Both the position numbers and the translations under genes were made by a program. The notes below the pieces were generated by a model that was given only the letters and a program-made list of their open reading frames with translations, had not been told where the DNA came from and did not search any database. 64,000 nt of DNA from a virus (Duplodnaviria; Heunggongvirae; Uroviricota; Caudoviricetes). Positions 27,878 through 37,708 of the stretch are shown here, in pieces (the first letter of the stretch is position 1; each line of letters starts with the position of its first letter). The stretch lies in the IMG/VR virus record IMGVR_UViG_3300042860_001920. The stretch is one strand, 5' to 3'.

Positions 27878-28912
27878 TTACCCCATATATTCATGTGAAA
27901 AACAAACACGTACTGAATCTCTTAAAAGTGATTCCTTTGTAGTGCCAAATCCTTTATGTGTTCTTGCTTGACCATCCTTTTTAATATAAGACGGTCTAGC
28001 TTTACCATTAGTACTAGTGCCTCTCCACAATTTAGAAGCATTTCGATAATTGCCTAGTACAGGATGCGCTGTTTTAGAGAAATATCTTAACCCTCGATCT
28101 TTATATTCCTGTGCAATAGCATCACTAAGCGTCTTACCAATACCTAAACCTTGAAACTCAGGTAACACGACAATTCGGCTTTCTCTCCAATAGCTTTTAA
28201 TATCTCTACCAGTACCGTGTATCACCCCAACAAAACCAACAGGCTTTTCTCCGATGTAAGCAGTATAACAATGACAGGATGAAGCTAAGTCACCACTTAG
28301 ATAATGATGCTTTTTGAATAAAATCCAATCTTTGACTGTGGATGGATAAATGTCAAGTTTGATTTTTGGTCGCCAAAGATACCTTCTTTCTCTGAACTCT
28401 TGCCTATCAGCGTCATATATAACGTCAGGACATAGCCATTCCTCAACGTCATGGTGGCAAGTTGCTAAAACTAATAACCCATCTTTATACCAATTTTTAA
28501 TAGAAGCTGATAAGGATTTCGCAGTATCACGATCTACAACAGATGTAAATTCATCAATAAAATTTATTCCAGAGTCAATACACTTTGCACAGTAGGCTCG
28601 ATGTGCCTCACCATTTGAAAGAGTGCTAAAAGGGCGAAACCACGTTGGAATGGAACGTAACCCAAACGACTTCAATAGTTTTTCACCATTTTCAAGTGTT
28701 TTGAAATTCTCAATAACGCTAACTTTATTATCGAAGGCGATAGGTTCGACATCAGGAAACCACTTCTTAATGATAGTAGACTTACCACTACCACTATTAC
28801 CCACAATTAAAACTAAACCTTTGGTAGGCTTTTCTGGAATCGGTATTACATATTCTTTAAATTCTGTAACATCATAATTGGCTTTTAATGTTTCTATGCT
28901 TGTTAAGTTCAT
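27878..28912 (-). CDS. P-loop NTPase fused to a GNAT acetyltransferase-like domain
   Basis: Walker A LIVGNSGSGKST at the N-terminus; GNAT-like VLPEFQGLGIGKTLSDA at the C-terminus. Confidence 0.5.
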   Translation of the reverse strand: MNLTSIETLKANYDVTEFKEYVIPIPEKPTKGLVLIVGNSGSGKSTIIKKWFPDVEPIAFDNKVSVIENFKTLENGEKLLKSFGLRSIPTWFRPFSTLSNGEAHRAYCAKCIDSGINFIDEFTSVVDRDTAKSLSASIKNWYKDGLLVLATCHHDVEEWLCPDVIYDADRQEFRERRYLWRPKIKLDIYPSTVKDWILFKKHHYLSGDLASSCHCYTAYIGEKPVGFVGVIHGTGRDIKSYWRESRIVVLPEFQGLGIGKTLSDAIAQEYKDRGLRYFSKTAHPVLGNYRNASKLWRGTSTNGKARPSYIKKDGQARTHKGFGTTKESLLRDSVRVCFSHEYMG

Positions 28913-28941
28913 CTGAATCTCCTTTATTTCGTATAATCATA

Positions 28942-29202
28942 TCATACTTTTACAGGATGTACAGTAATAAATTTGTGAACGAGAAACTTACCAGAAATTT
29001 CCCCCTTCTTAGTAAATTCTTTGTCACCCATTCCTGTCATGTATAAGTGTCGGTGCAATAAACATCGATTTGTCAATAAATTTAAAAGGTTGAATCCTTT
29101 ACGTGTAACCTTAATCATTCTGGTTTTAATAATCTTACCATTATAATAAGATACATCGTAGAACTCACCTAATTTCAAATCAACTGACTGTAGGTTTCTC
29201 AT
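28942..29202 (-). CDS. Hypothetical protein
   Basis: 86-aa ORF. Confidence 0.45.
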   Translation of the reverse strand: MRNLQSVDLKLGEFYDVSYYNGKIIKTRMIKVTRKGFNLLNLLTNRCLLHRHLYMTGMGDKEFTKKGEISGKFLVHKFITVHPVKV

Positions 29203-30362
29203 ATATCAAATCGATCAATATTAACCGCTACACCAAAATGTAACTTACCATACTTGGTGAAATTCTGATAACGAACTGTTGCCTTTTTGCCAATGTAATG
29301 CTTACGATCCTTCAACAACTGAGTGACGTATGCAGTATCACCACGGATACCCGCTTCTGACGTTGAACCATCTTTCAAACGGACTACGATCTTACTAGCC
29401 AACCCTGCATCAGAACCAGTACCTTCAAGAAAATCAACAATCACAAACTCTTCATCAATGAAATGCTTATACTTCAAAAGATACTTACTACGCTTATTGT
29501 AATACGGAGCATTGGCATAACGAAGAATTGCACCTTCAAATCCTTCACCCGCATACTTATCATGTTCAGCTTCAAACGCTTCATGACTGTTGATTACTAC
29601 ATTCTCTACAAACACAAAATACTTTTCAAGTGTTTTAGAATCAATAGTAGCCTTCAATTCTCGTTTAAGGTCTGAAAAACGCTTTGCAAAACCTTCCTTT
29701 GAATCGTCTACAATACCATCGAAAATCCACAATTTACAAAGCTTCTCACTTTCATCAATTTCAGCTTGTGTTGGTTTCTTCTTACGCACAAGACTCATGA
29801 TCTTCTCAAAGAATTGACCGTGTGAATAAATTTCACCATCAACCACACCTTTAGGATGCTTGGCAAAGAAGGGTTTAAGTGCCTTCTGAATATGTGGACA
29901 GCTTAGATAATCTTCACCCTTACGAGTGGTAATAGCTGTAGCTGTATTCACCATTCTTGCACCATCGATCTTACGACTTGCCAAGATGGGGAATACAACA
30001 CTATCCTTAAATTCAATATACTTTTCAGCAAGTTGTGGCTCAAAATACTTTAGACAGGTATCGATATTTGCAATATCTTCACTATAGCCTGTTTTAAGCT
30101 TCTTTTCAATTTTAGCTTCTGCCTCTGCAATAGCCTGTTGTTCATCGGAAGTCTCATTAGCCTTGCCAATGTTCTTACCCTTACACACAGTAGGCGCAGA
30201 TTTGCTCTTAACACCGTCTATTTGACCATCTACGGTATAATAAGTGTTACCCTCGACTATGATCTGCCATGTCTGAATTGCTGACGTTTTAGTTCTTTTG
30301 TAAATAATTGGATATGTTTTATTCATGTTTAATAGACTACATTGTTTAATTGTATTAGTCAA
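29199..30362 (-). CDS. ATP-dependent polynucleotide ligase (DNA-ligase-like, KxDGxR family)
   Basis: Motif I RKIDGARMV; motif III DGEIYSHG; motif IV EGFEGAILRY; motif V LLKYK. Confidence 0.7.
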   Translation of the reverse strand: MTNTIKQCSLLNMNKTYPIIYKRTKTSAIQTWQIIVEGNTYYTVDGQIDGVKSKSAPTVCKGKNIGKANETSDEQQAIAEAEAKIEKKLKTGYSEDIANIDTCLKYFEPQLAEKYIEFKDSVVFPILASRKIDGARMVNTATAITTRKGEDYLSCPHIQKALKPFFAKHPKGVVDGEIYSHGQFFEKIMSLVRKKKPTQAEIDESEKLCKLWIFDGIVDDSKEGFAKRFSDLKRELKATIDSKTLEKYFVFVENVVINSHEAFEAEHDKYAGEGFEGAILRYANAPYYNKRSKYLLKYKHFIDEEFVIVDFLEGTGSDAGLASKIVVRLKDGSTSEAGIRGDTAYVTQLLKDRKHYIGKKATVRYQNFTKYGKLHFGVAVNIDRFDI

Positions 30363-30365
30363 TAA

Positions 30366-30593
30366 TTATTTTCCATCATCAGTATAACGATTTTTGGCAT
30401 CCACCAACTCTTGAATCTTCTCGACAATATGCTCATTACCCTTTGGGAATTTTGATGAAGGAAGACCAACGATCTTACCAATTCTTTCAACTAACCTATA
30501 CCATTCAACAAAATCTGATATCTCTGCATCAAGTTCTGCCATAATTCTATTATTCATTTCATCAATATCATTTCGTAGTGTGTCAAAATCCAT
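30366..30593 (-). CDS. Hypothetical protein
   Basis: 75-aa ORF. Confidence 0.4.
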   Translation of the reverse strand: MDFDTLRNDIDEMNNRIMAELDAEISDFVEWYRLVERIGKIVGLPSSKFPKGNEHIVEKIQELVDAKNRYTDDGK

Positions 30594-30594
30594 A

Positions 30595-30933
30595 TTAATC
30601 CTTTAATTTGAGATAGATTAAACTAGGTTTACGAGACTGTTTCAATTGTTTGCCTAAAGCATATCCCGCAACTCTAGCACTCGCTTGTTCTACAAAATTC
30701 TTAGCTACAATGTAATTTAAGTCACCTTTGATAAGCTTTAGAACCTTTGGTTTCCAACTCTTCCTAACACCAAGTGTATGTGAAGCATAATTTTTACGAT
30801 ACATAGCAATAGTGTTGTAAGGTCGATTGATTACCTGTTCAATTTCTTGATTAGTCAAATGCCAAGGGACACTCGACCAAAATTTAACTGCATCTTCATG
30901 TGATTTCTTAGCTAGTTTTTCAAAGTTATTCAT
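30595..30933 (-). CDS. Hypothetical protein
   Basis: 112-aa ORF. Confidence 0.45.
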   Translation of the reverse strand: MNNFEKLAKKSHEDAVKFWSSVPWHLTNQEIEQVINRPYNTIAMYRKNYASHTLGVRKSWKPKVLKLIKGDLNYIVAKNFVEQASARVAGYALGKQLKQSRKPSLIYLKLKD

Positions 30934-30941
30934 ATTAAGCC

Positions 30942-31175
30942 TTACCCGATACGTAATCTAACTGGTTTCTCAAAATATTCAATTTCATCATCTTTAAGGA
31001 TAATGCCAATTCTGCATATACCTGTTTGACACGCAAACGTACCATCTTCATTTTTAGTCAAAATATCATCATCAAATAACAACCAAGTGTCGTTTTTATC
31101 TCTAGGACATGGTGCAGGATAGCGACCTTCCTTTTTAACTTTGTAATACTTCTCTATTGTAAAATCATATCCCAT
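30942..31175 (-). CDS. Hypothetical Cys-containing protein
   Basis: 77-aa ORF. Confidence 0.4.
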   Translation of the reverse strand: MGYDFTIEKYYKVKKEGRYPAPCPRDKNDTWLLFDDDILTKNEDGTFACQTGICRIGIILKDDEIEYFEKPVRLRIG

Positions 31176-31185
31176 AATTTATCCT

Positions 31186-31764
31186 TTATTTACCGTAGCC
31201 AGTAGTATACGCAATTATTGGTGCAAAGTCAAGATATTGTTTCGGAACATTATCAGTCAACCATACCCCATTCTCGGATTTGTAAAACTTAAACCCATTC
31301 TTATGCATTACACCCGCATGTACCATAAGAATAATAGGTTCTCCATGTCGTGAACCTACTGAATAAGCTGTTTTAAGATTGTCAGATAAATGAACGTGTT
31401 GACGCTCCATTTTCTTCAAACCTTCTTTCATGATACCATTAAGAAAACGTTTAGCTGTTCCATGATATAAAATATCTTCTGGAACACTCTCAGGAAGATT
31501 CAAATTAATATTAATCGAATGTCCCTGAGAGGCACGAATCTTTGTACCATCATCACTATAGGCGAAACGCTTCTTATTGTTCTCTTCAACCACCTTATCA
31601 AGAAAATTCCTATTAAGGTAAGTGTCAGGCTTATAGTAATTATTGTATCTGCGGATTAATTCATTGACATCAACCCAACCTTCGGAATCCATATTCAATT
31701 TCAAAAGTTCTGGTTTATGTCGTAAACTTAAACACAATATTTTACTAACTTTGCGAATGTCCAT
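31186..31764 (-). CDS. kptA: RNA 2'-phosphotransferase (Tpt1/KptA)
   Basis: LRHKPE, EGW, KKRFAYSDDGTKIRASQGHS, LYHGTAKRFL, RQHVHLS, ENGVWLT all align with KptA/Tpt1. Confidence 0.9.
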   Translation of the reverse strand: MDIRKVSKILCLSLRHKPELLKLNMDSEGWVDVNELIRRYNNYYKPDTYLNRNFLDKVVEENNKKRFAYSDDGTKIRASQGHSININLNLPESVPEDILYHGTAKRFLNGIMKEGLKKMERQHVHLSDNLKTAYSVGSRHGEPIILMVHAGVMHKNGFKFYKSENGVWLTDNVPKQYLDFAPIIAYTTGYGK

Positions 31765-31765
31765 A

Positions 31766-31993
31766 TTAATCCTTTATTCGATCATTCCATTGTTTAATAG
31801 CTTTTGGATCACCATCTAAGGTAAAATGTGACAACACACAACGCTTTGCTTCATTATAGTTTGTCTTATATGTAAAGACAGTATAAGGATTGCGATCACT
31901 ATGTTCGTACCACACCCCACCCATTTCATCAATTTGAAATGTAAGAATCTCGCCACAAAAGGGACATGGTAATGGTTTAATATCTTCGTTCAT
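31766..31993 (-). CDS. Hypothetical protein
   Basis: 75-aa ORF with CPFCGE. Confidence 0.4.
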   Translation of the reverse strand: MNEDIKPLPCPFCGEILTFQIDEMGGVWYEHSDRNPYTVFTYKTNYNEAKRCVLSHFTLDGDPKAIKQWNDRIKD

Positions 31994-32120
31994 TTTAATT
32001 TATCCTATGGGTTGGAAATAATTCGGTACTACCCGCTTCTGGTATGTATTTTCTATTATTGTATGTCGAACATCCAGTAATAAATGTAATACAAACTAGA
32101 CATAGTAGTACCTTCATTAT

Positions 32121-33311
32121 TTATTCCTCTTCCGCTTTCACATTGTAAATAGGCTTGATCTGCTTCAACACCGTAACCGTATCCTGAATGTTCTCCAAGA
32201 TTTCAGCAATAGGCTTGTAAGCATCAGGTGCTTCGTCCAACGTAGACGCACCCACCGTAGATGAATAAATATCCTTCATCGTATCCTTGAACCCTTCCAA
32301 AGACAATTCACGCTTCGCCTGTTTACGAGACATTAAACGACCTGCACCATGAGGCGCAGAATAGTTATAATCTTCGTTACCCTTACCAACACAGATTAAC
32401 GAACCATCACGCATATTGATAGGAATTAAGCACACTTCACCCGCTTTCGCAGAGATAGCACCTTTACGCAAAATCATAGCATGAACATCAATGTAGTTAT
32501 GAATCGTTTCAAATTGTTCAGTAGGCTTAATATGCATTGTACGGCACAAGATATCTGCAATAGCCTTACGGTTCTCACTTGCCATCTTCTGAGCAATATG
32601 CATATCGTTTAAGTAACAATCAAACAAGTCACCTTCCAAATAGGTCAAAGCTTCGTTAGCCACGGCATTACGTTTCTTCAATTCAGCAGGAATCATGTGT
32701 TGTAACCCCTTGGCTTTCAACTCGTTAATGATTTCTTGAGTAGACTTCAAACCCTTCTTGGAATGATAATCAACAGCCTTGTTCTGGTAATGTTCAGCAA
32801 CACGCTTACCAAAGTTACGAGAACCCGTATGTACGACTAAATAAAAATTACCCTCATCGTCCTTATCAATTTCGATAAAGTGGTTTCCACCACCCAACGA
32901 ACCAATGGACTTACAAACCTGACGAGGATCAAAAGCTTCCTTACAGATAGCCTTATCCAATTCAGGAGTAAAGTCAACCACCATAGACTGACGAGAATTC
33001 ATACCCATAGGGATGTTACGCTTAACAATTGAGTCAACCTGTTCCAAGGTTAAAGAAAGCGTATCAAATTTAGTCACAAGAACCCCACATCCGATATCAA
33101 CCCCGGTTAAATTAGGAACAATTTTATCAATAATTGTCATAGTAGTACCAATAACACATCCCTTACCAGAATGACAGTCTGCCATAATGCGTATTTTAGA
33201 GTTATATACCCATTCTTCATTACATAACTCTAAAATTTGTGCTTCACAAGAAGGTTCGACTGTTGATGCAAACACCTTCGCAGTATTAAATTGTCCTTTA
33301 ATCTCTTTCAT
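32121..33311 (-). CDS. rtcB: RNA-splicing ligase RtcB
   Basis: 396 aa with CHSGKGCVIGTTM, HTGSRNFG and PHGAGR RtcB-like blocks. Confidence 0.85.
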   Translation of the reverse strand: MKEIKGQFNTAKVFASTVEPSCEAQILELCNEEWVYNSKIRIMADCHSGKGCVIGTTMTIIDKIVPNLTGVDIGCGVLVTKFDTLSLTLEQVDSIVKRNIPMGMNSRQSMVVDFTPELDKAICKEAFDPRQVCKSIGSLGGGNHFIEIDKDDEGNFYLVVHTGSRNFGKRVAEHYQNKAVDYHSKKGLKSTQEIINELKAKGLQHMIPAELKKRNAVANEALTYLEGDLFDCYLNDMHIAQKMASENRKAIADILCRTMHIKPTEQFETIHNYIDVHAMILRKGAISAKAGEVCLIPINMRDGSLICVGKGNEDYNYSAPHGAGRLMSRKQAKRELSLEGFKDTMKDIYSSTVGASTLDEAPDAYKPIAEILENIQDTVTVLKQIKPIYNVKAEEE

Positions 33312-33350
33312 GTGTAATAATCTACATTATTTCGTAGCTATTGTCAACAA

Positions 33351-34046
33351 TTATATTGGTTTTTCTAATTTATATAGTGTCCAACCTTTAAGATTTCTTC
33401 GTCCACCGTCAGGTAATATTAAAGCGTGTTTAAATTGTTGATAGTCTGAACCACATTCTTTAATTTTCTTTTTGATTCCACCTTCTATTATAAAAATTTC
33501 ACCTATGGGCGATACTAATTTCCATAAATTTGAGTGTGGATTATTTAAACCTAATTTCGTATCTGATAATTTTTTTCTAGTTTCAGGATTCTTTGTATAG
33601 TGTTCACCAGTTTTAGGATCAATTCCTATAGGATTTAATTTTACTCTTTCTGATGCTTTTCTTTTCTGTTCATCAGTCCATCGATTACCATAATTACCAT
33701 TCTTCTTGCCACGATTAGATTCACTAAGTTTTTTGCGCCATTCTTCTTTATTAGGATGATTAGTCCAATTGTCACCCCATGTTCCACCCTCACAAATATT
33801 ATAACCCACATTGCGGTCATTAGCTTTTAATGTGGCTATCCAGTATCTTTCTCGTTCTAATAGCTGTTCCTGTGTAGAACATTCTTCTAAAATAACTTTT
33901 ACAAAATTCTCTGCACCATAACATTCAATAGCTTTCTTTAAGATATAACCAGAACCTAAATACTCTGGATTTTCTTGTGGCGCAAACTTTGAAAGTCCGA
34001 TATAAATTTTACCATTTAATTTGTTAGTTGTCTTGTAAATGTACAT
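33351..34046 (-). CDS. GIY-YIG homing endonuclease (Seg/I-TevI-like with NUMOD repeats)
   Basis: IYKTTNKLNGKIYIGLS ... RERYW ... NVGYN; C-terminal NUMOD-like KKLSESNRGKKNGNYGNRWT. Confidence 0.8.
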   Translation of the reverse strand: MYIYKTTNKLNGKIYIGLSKFAPQENPEYLGSGYILKKAIECYGAENFVKVILEECSTQEQLLERERYWIATLKANDRNVGYNICEGGTWGDNWTNHPNKEEWRKKLSESNRGKKNGNYGNRWTDEQKRKASERVKLNPIGIDPKTGEHYTKNPETRKKLSDTKLGLNNPHSNLWKLVSPIGEIFIIEGGIKKKIKECGSDYQQFKHALILPDGGRRNLKGWTLYKLEKPI

Positions 34047-34112
34047 AATTGTATTACTCCTACAATTATTTAGTCTACAAGCTGATAAAACAATACCACA
34101 ACCTAAACAAAT

Positions 34113-34499
34113 TTATTTCAAACATTTAATTGAATCTGCGCCATATGTTCCACTTGGAGCCATCCAACTAAAGCAACCAACACCTTTTTTGGATTTTTTA
34201 AGCTTCCAAAAATCATCAATTTGCATTAAATTAGAAACTATTTTAATTTTTGAAGCCCCTTGTGCAATACAAGGAACAATAAAAAGTTCGTTATAATCTT
34301 TACTATTTATATCTCGAAAGATTTCGGCGTGTACTAATTTTTTGAAAAATAATATCTTAGTACCCGCTACTTTAGGTTTAACTGTAACACCTACAGGGTA
34401 ATGTAAAATATACTTTCCTTGCTCTGTGCAACCCATTGTCGTAACTGCCGACCTTCTATCTTTTACTCTAATTACTTTCCAACCCTTTATAGTTTTCAT
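34113..34499 (-). CDS. Hypothetical protein
   Basis: 128-aa ORF. Confidence 0.45.
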   Translation of the reverse strand: MKTIKGWKVIRVKDRRSAVTTMGCTEQGKYILHYPVGVTVKPKVAGTKILFFKKLVHAEIFRDINSKDYNELFIVPCIAQGASKIKIVSNLMQIDDFWKLKKSKKGVGCFSWMAPSGTYGADSIKCLK

Positions 34500-34999
34500 A
34501 TTACCTTTCCTTCTTTATATCCAATTTCATTTTCAACCCATGCTCTGGTAACAGGCGCAATAATCATTTTCAACCTATTTTTAGTATACCACGCTAGAAC
34601 CTCATCCTTACTATTGATAGCCATCCCTGCACCTCTCCAATCTGCTACCATCTCCTGACGGTATACCAATGGCATTTCTAAGGGGCGTAGCTTACCATCA
34701 TCATTCTTCAATAGCCAATATTGGGGATGATGTTTATTACATTTCTGGTGAGACTTCCAAGCATAATCAAAGTTTGTTGCACATTCATCAGTATTGCTTA
34801 AATCTCCATAAAAGTATTCACGATAAGGTATAAACTCTGATGGACGCAATTTTGATAAATCGTGTACAAGCCCTCGCCAAACCAATCCATATTTTAGACA
34901 GGCTTTAAAAACGTAGTACTTATGTATTAAAATGTATCTTAGATATTTTAGATTAATATTCATTTTTCTTTCCTGCCTGTCTTGCTGACTTCTTATCAA
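34496..34999 (-). CDS. Hypothetical protein
   Basis: 167-aa ORF. Confidence 0.45.
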   Translation of the reverse strand: MIRSQQDRQERKMNINLKYLRYILIHKYYVFKACLKYGLVWRGLVHDLSKLRPSEFIPYREYFYGDLSNTDECATNFDYAWKSHQKCNKHHPQYWLLKNDDGKLRPLEMPLVYRQEMVADWRGAGMAINSKDEVLAWYTKNRLKMIIAPVTRAWVENEIGYKEGKVI

Positions 35000-35086
35000 C
35001 TCTTAATGATCGTCTACGATGTGCAGTATTCTTTGACTTCCTACGACCTGACATACCTTTAGGATTAATTTTATCACTATATGGTT

Positions 35087-35422
35087 TCATTTAGCCTCAA
35101 AATCCTTACATTCGTTAAACCATAACATCATGTTGGTGGTTTTTAAACATTGTCCTCTTGAAGGATAGTCTGGATATAGATTGCAATATTCTTGAAAATG
35201 TTTACACGTTCTACAACATTTTACTATAGTATAAGCCTCTACAGAATATTCACCACTTGATGGCATAGGTACTAATCGAGCATTGGGATTACTTTTCTTC
35301 CATGCCAATATAGCCTTACTCTTACTAGTGTGGTGAACTATCACCTGTTTAATTGCATCTGAACCCTGTTCAGTATATTTAATCAATACTTCTTTACAAG
35401 ATTTCTTATACTGCTTCTTCAT
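35087..35422 (-). CDS. Hypothetical Cys-rich protein
   Basis: 111-aa ORF with CCRTCKHF...C. Confidence 0.45.
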   Translation of the reverse strand: MKKQYKKSCKEVLIKYTEQGSDAIKQVIVHHTSKSKAILAWKKSNPNARLVPMPSSGEYSVEAYTIVKCCRTCKHFQEYCNLYPDYPSRGQCLKTTNMMLWFNECKDFEAK

Positions 35423-35508
35423 GTTTATAGTCTCTCATAAAAACGTGATACTGTCAACAAAAAATCCACCACCCTTTCGGGCAGGGGACTTCTAACTTCT
35501 GGTTAAAG

Positions 35509-36804
35509 TTATTTCTTAGGCATTACAGGTGCTACTTCATCCTTTTGGGACAATCCTACCCATGTCTGCGCCCCTGCTCCTGCAACGGTGCTAGGATACG
35601 TGCCATTCCACTTGTCGATACGTGCCTTCTCAACCTCAATTTGACGCAACTCAATCAACTGAGGGTTGTTATTAGCCTTGGCAAGTGCGACATTGATAAA
35701 CTCAATACCATCAGCTTCACCCTTGGCTTTTGAACGTGACGCTTCTGCAAGTGCCGTAGCCTCGCTATTAATACGAGCATTCTTATCCTTCTGTGCATCC
35801 AAGAAAGCTGACGCATTAACCTTTTCCTGCTGACTTACAAAGGTCTGATCGATAGCATCCTGAATCTTAGGATTTTCATAGGTCATACCACCGAACATAC
35901 CAACCATTGTAATAGTGATACCACGAGTCTTGAAGAACTCAATAACATCTTCCTGAACCTTCTTTGCCATTTCATTCTTCTTATTACGCAAATCGTCAAG
36001 CTTATACTGAGCAGAGAAGTTAGCAGAAGTCATTTGAACCCTTCCACGAATTTCACTATTCATAACAGCTTTCAAACCAGAACTAGGGTAGAAGTACAAG
36101 AAATTAGAAGCATCCTCTTCCTTGATATAAGCGGTACAAGTCCAACCCATGCTGAATCCAACTGAATCCATACTTTCAGTCCAGATAGCATTATCTTTAC
36201 CCTTTACCTGACCTTCTTTTGCAACCCATTCCTCTGTAACAGGTTGACGATCAACGATAATCAATACAGAAGTCGGAATATACTTACCATCAGCGATCAA
36301 GCGACCTTCCTGTACCCAACGATGCATAACCTGAATACGCTTAGATGCAACCTTTTTCGTTTCCAAGAATGATGCAGAGTTGAACTTCACTTGACCGTTT
36401 CCGTCAATATCCAAAGGAATGACGAAAGCTGTCTCATTAGGCTTAACATCCCTGTATTCAGGAATATCGTAAGGTCGCATACAACCAGTAGTATTCAAAC
36501 CAATGATAAGCATACCAATAACAATACTCACGTTCTTACCAGTATTCTTAGGAAGGAACATAAACATTGCCACGATGCCAAGCAAAGCCACTAATACAGT
36601 CTTAATCAAGAACTTATTAGCTGTAAACACGTTCAAGGTCTGCCAATCGCCATCAGTTCCATTCACATTGGCAAGAGCCAACTTCGTAGAAATGACAGGT
36701 TCAACAGCCTGACCCCACAACGCACAAATACACACTACCACCAACGTCAACAATCCCAACACAATCAACTTTGTTTTCATTTTTATTCTTTCTTTTACTA
36801 ACAT
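35509..36804 (-). CDS. SPFH (band 7 / prohibitin-like) membrane protein
   Basis: Two N-terminal TM segments; central SPFH-like region; Ala/Lys-rich coiled coil. Confidence 0.55.
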   Translation of the reverse strand: MLVKERIKMKTKLIVLGLLTLVVVCICALWGQAVEPVISTKLALANVNGTDGDWQTLNVFTANKFLIKTVLVALLGIVAMFMFLPKNTGKNVSIVIGMLIIGLNTTGCMRPYDIPEYRDVKPNETAFVIPLDIDGNGQVKFNSASFLETKKVASKRIQVMHRWVQEGRLIADGKYIPTSVLIIVDRQPVTEEWVAKEGQVKGKDNAIWTESMDSVGFSMGWTCTAYIKEEDASNFLYFYPSSGLKAVMNSEIRGRVQMTSANFSAQYKLDDLRNKKNEMAKKVQEDVIEFFKTRGITITMVGMFGGMTYENPKIQDAIDQTFVSQQEKVNASAFLDAQKDKNARINSEATALAEASRSKAKGEADGIEFINVALAKANNNPQLIELRQIEVEKARIDKWNGTYPSTVAGAGAQTWVGLSQKDEVAPVMPKK

Positions 36805-36877
36805 TTATTTAATACATTTACTATCAACACTTTATCCAACATATTCACACACTTTATCTTTATTATCTAGCGCATGT

Positions 36878-37687
36878 TTATCCTTTCGTTTTAATATAAA
36901 CAATCCAACCAATCACTCCAAATACTGCCAACACGATCAATACTAGCATACCCACGTTGAAAAGCATAACACTATTTTTACTTTGTTCAACTTTTCTTGC
37001 TGTCTCATCAGACACGGTATAAGTTCCATTGACTCTTTCATCGGCTTCAACTGTTCCAAGATACTGTGTATTACATAGATATGCAGGAACGGTCGTTACC
37101 ACATTTGAACGAGTTGTTACAAGTGTAGGTGCAACTGGATATGCGTTATTTACATAACTTTTTGTAGAGTTGTTATTATGATTGCCAAAAATCATATACA
37201 ACATCAAATAATCAGTCATTCCAAACCCTGATGAATGATGTGTGGTATAGGAAGGACGGTCATAGGAATATGATCGATGATAATTAGGAACCATTCGACT
37301 TGTTGAGTGACTTGGAGTAGACTTATTAAACCAACTACGGGAAGAGGTTTTAATAGGTGCAGGAGTATATTTAGGAGTAATTTTACTTGAAGATGAGTTA
37401 TATTTTGGCATCGTCAATGGTGCGGGTGTAGACCTTGGAGTAATGCTAGGGGTTCTGACAGACTTACTAGGTGTTGCAGACCTACTAGAAGAGTTATATG
37501 ATTTACTAGAGGTAGAACTCTTACTACTATAAGAGCGTGATCCAGATGAACGTGAACTAGAACTTGAACCTCTAGCATCAGCATACGAGACACACATCAA
37601 CACTGCCAACACCATTACAATAATTTTCTTCATTCTTTTATCCCTTTTGTTTGTTATTATTTCCACCACTGCTAAATACGATACCAA
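36878..37687 (-). CDS. Ser/Arg/Pro-rich membrane-anchored protein
   Basis: Signal peptide; SSSSSRSSGSRSYSSKSS low-complexity region; C-terminal TM. Confidence 0.5.
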   Translation of the reverse strand: MVSYLAVVEIITNKRDKRMKKIIVMVLAVLMCVSYADARGSSSSSRSSGSRSYSSKSSTSSKSYNSSSRSATPSKSVRTPSITPRSTPAPLTMPKYNSSSSKITPKYTPAPIKTSSRSWFNKSTPSHSTSRMVPNYHRSYSYDRPSYTTHHSSGFGMTDYLMLYMIFGNHNNNSTKSYVNNAYPVAPTLVTTRSNVVTTVPAYLCNTQYLGTVEADERVNGTYTVSDETARKVEQSKNSVMLFNVGMLVLIVLAVFGVIGWIVYIKTKG

Positions 37688-37708
37688 ACAAAGATAGCAT
37701 AGTCAACA

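Noticed and set aside
29199-30362. Calling this ligase an RNA ligase because of its RNA-repair neighbours
   Set aside because: Motif I KIDGAR and motifs III-V match ATP-dependent DNA ligases (T7, Chlorella virus, T4 gp30 type), not the Rnl1 KEDG or Rnl2 KIHG signatures. I kept it as DNA-ligase-like.
36878-37687. Ser-rich tract SSSSSRSSGSRSYSS as a relative of the SNSSSSSF tag
   Set aside because: It has different context: a signal peptide, an RS/PT-rich low-complexity region and a C-terminal TM. There is no MKIRNGFV motif, so the resemblance is compositional.
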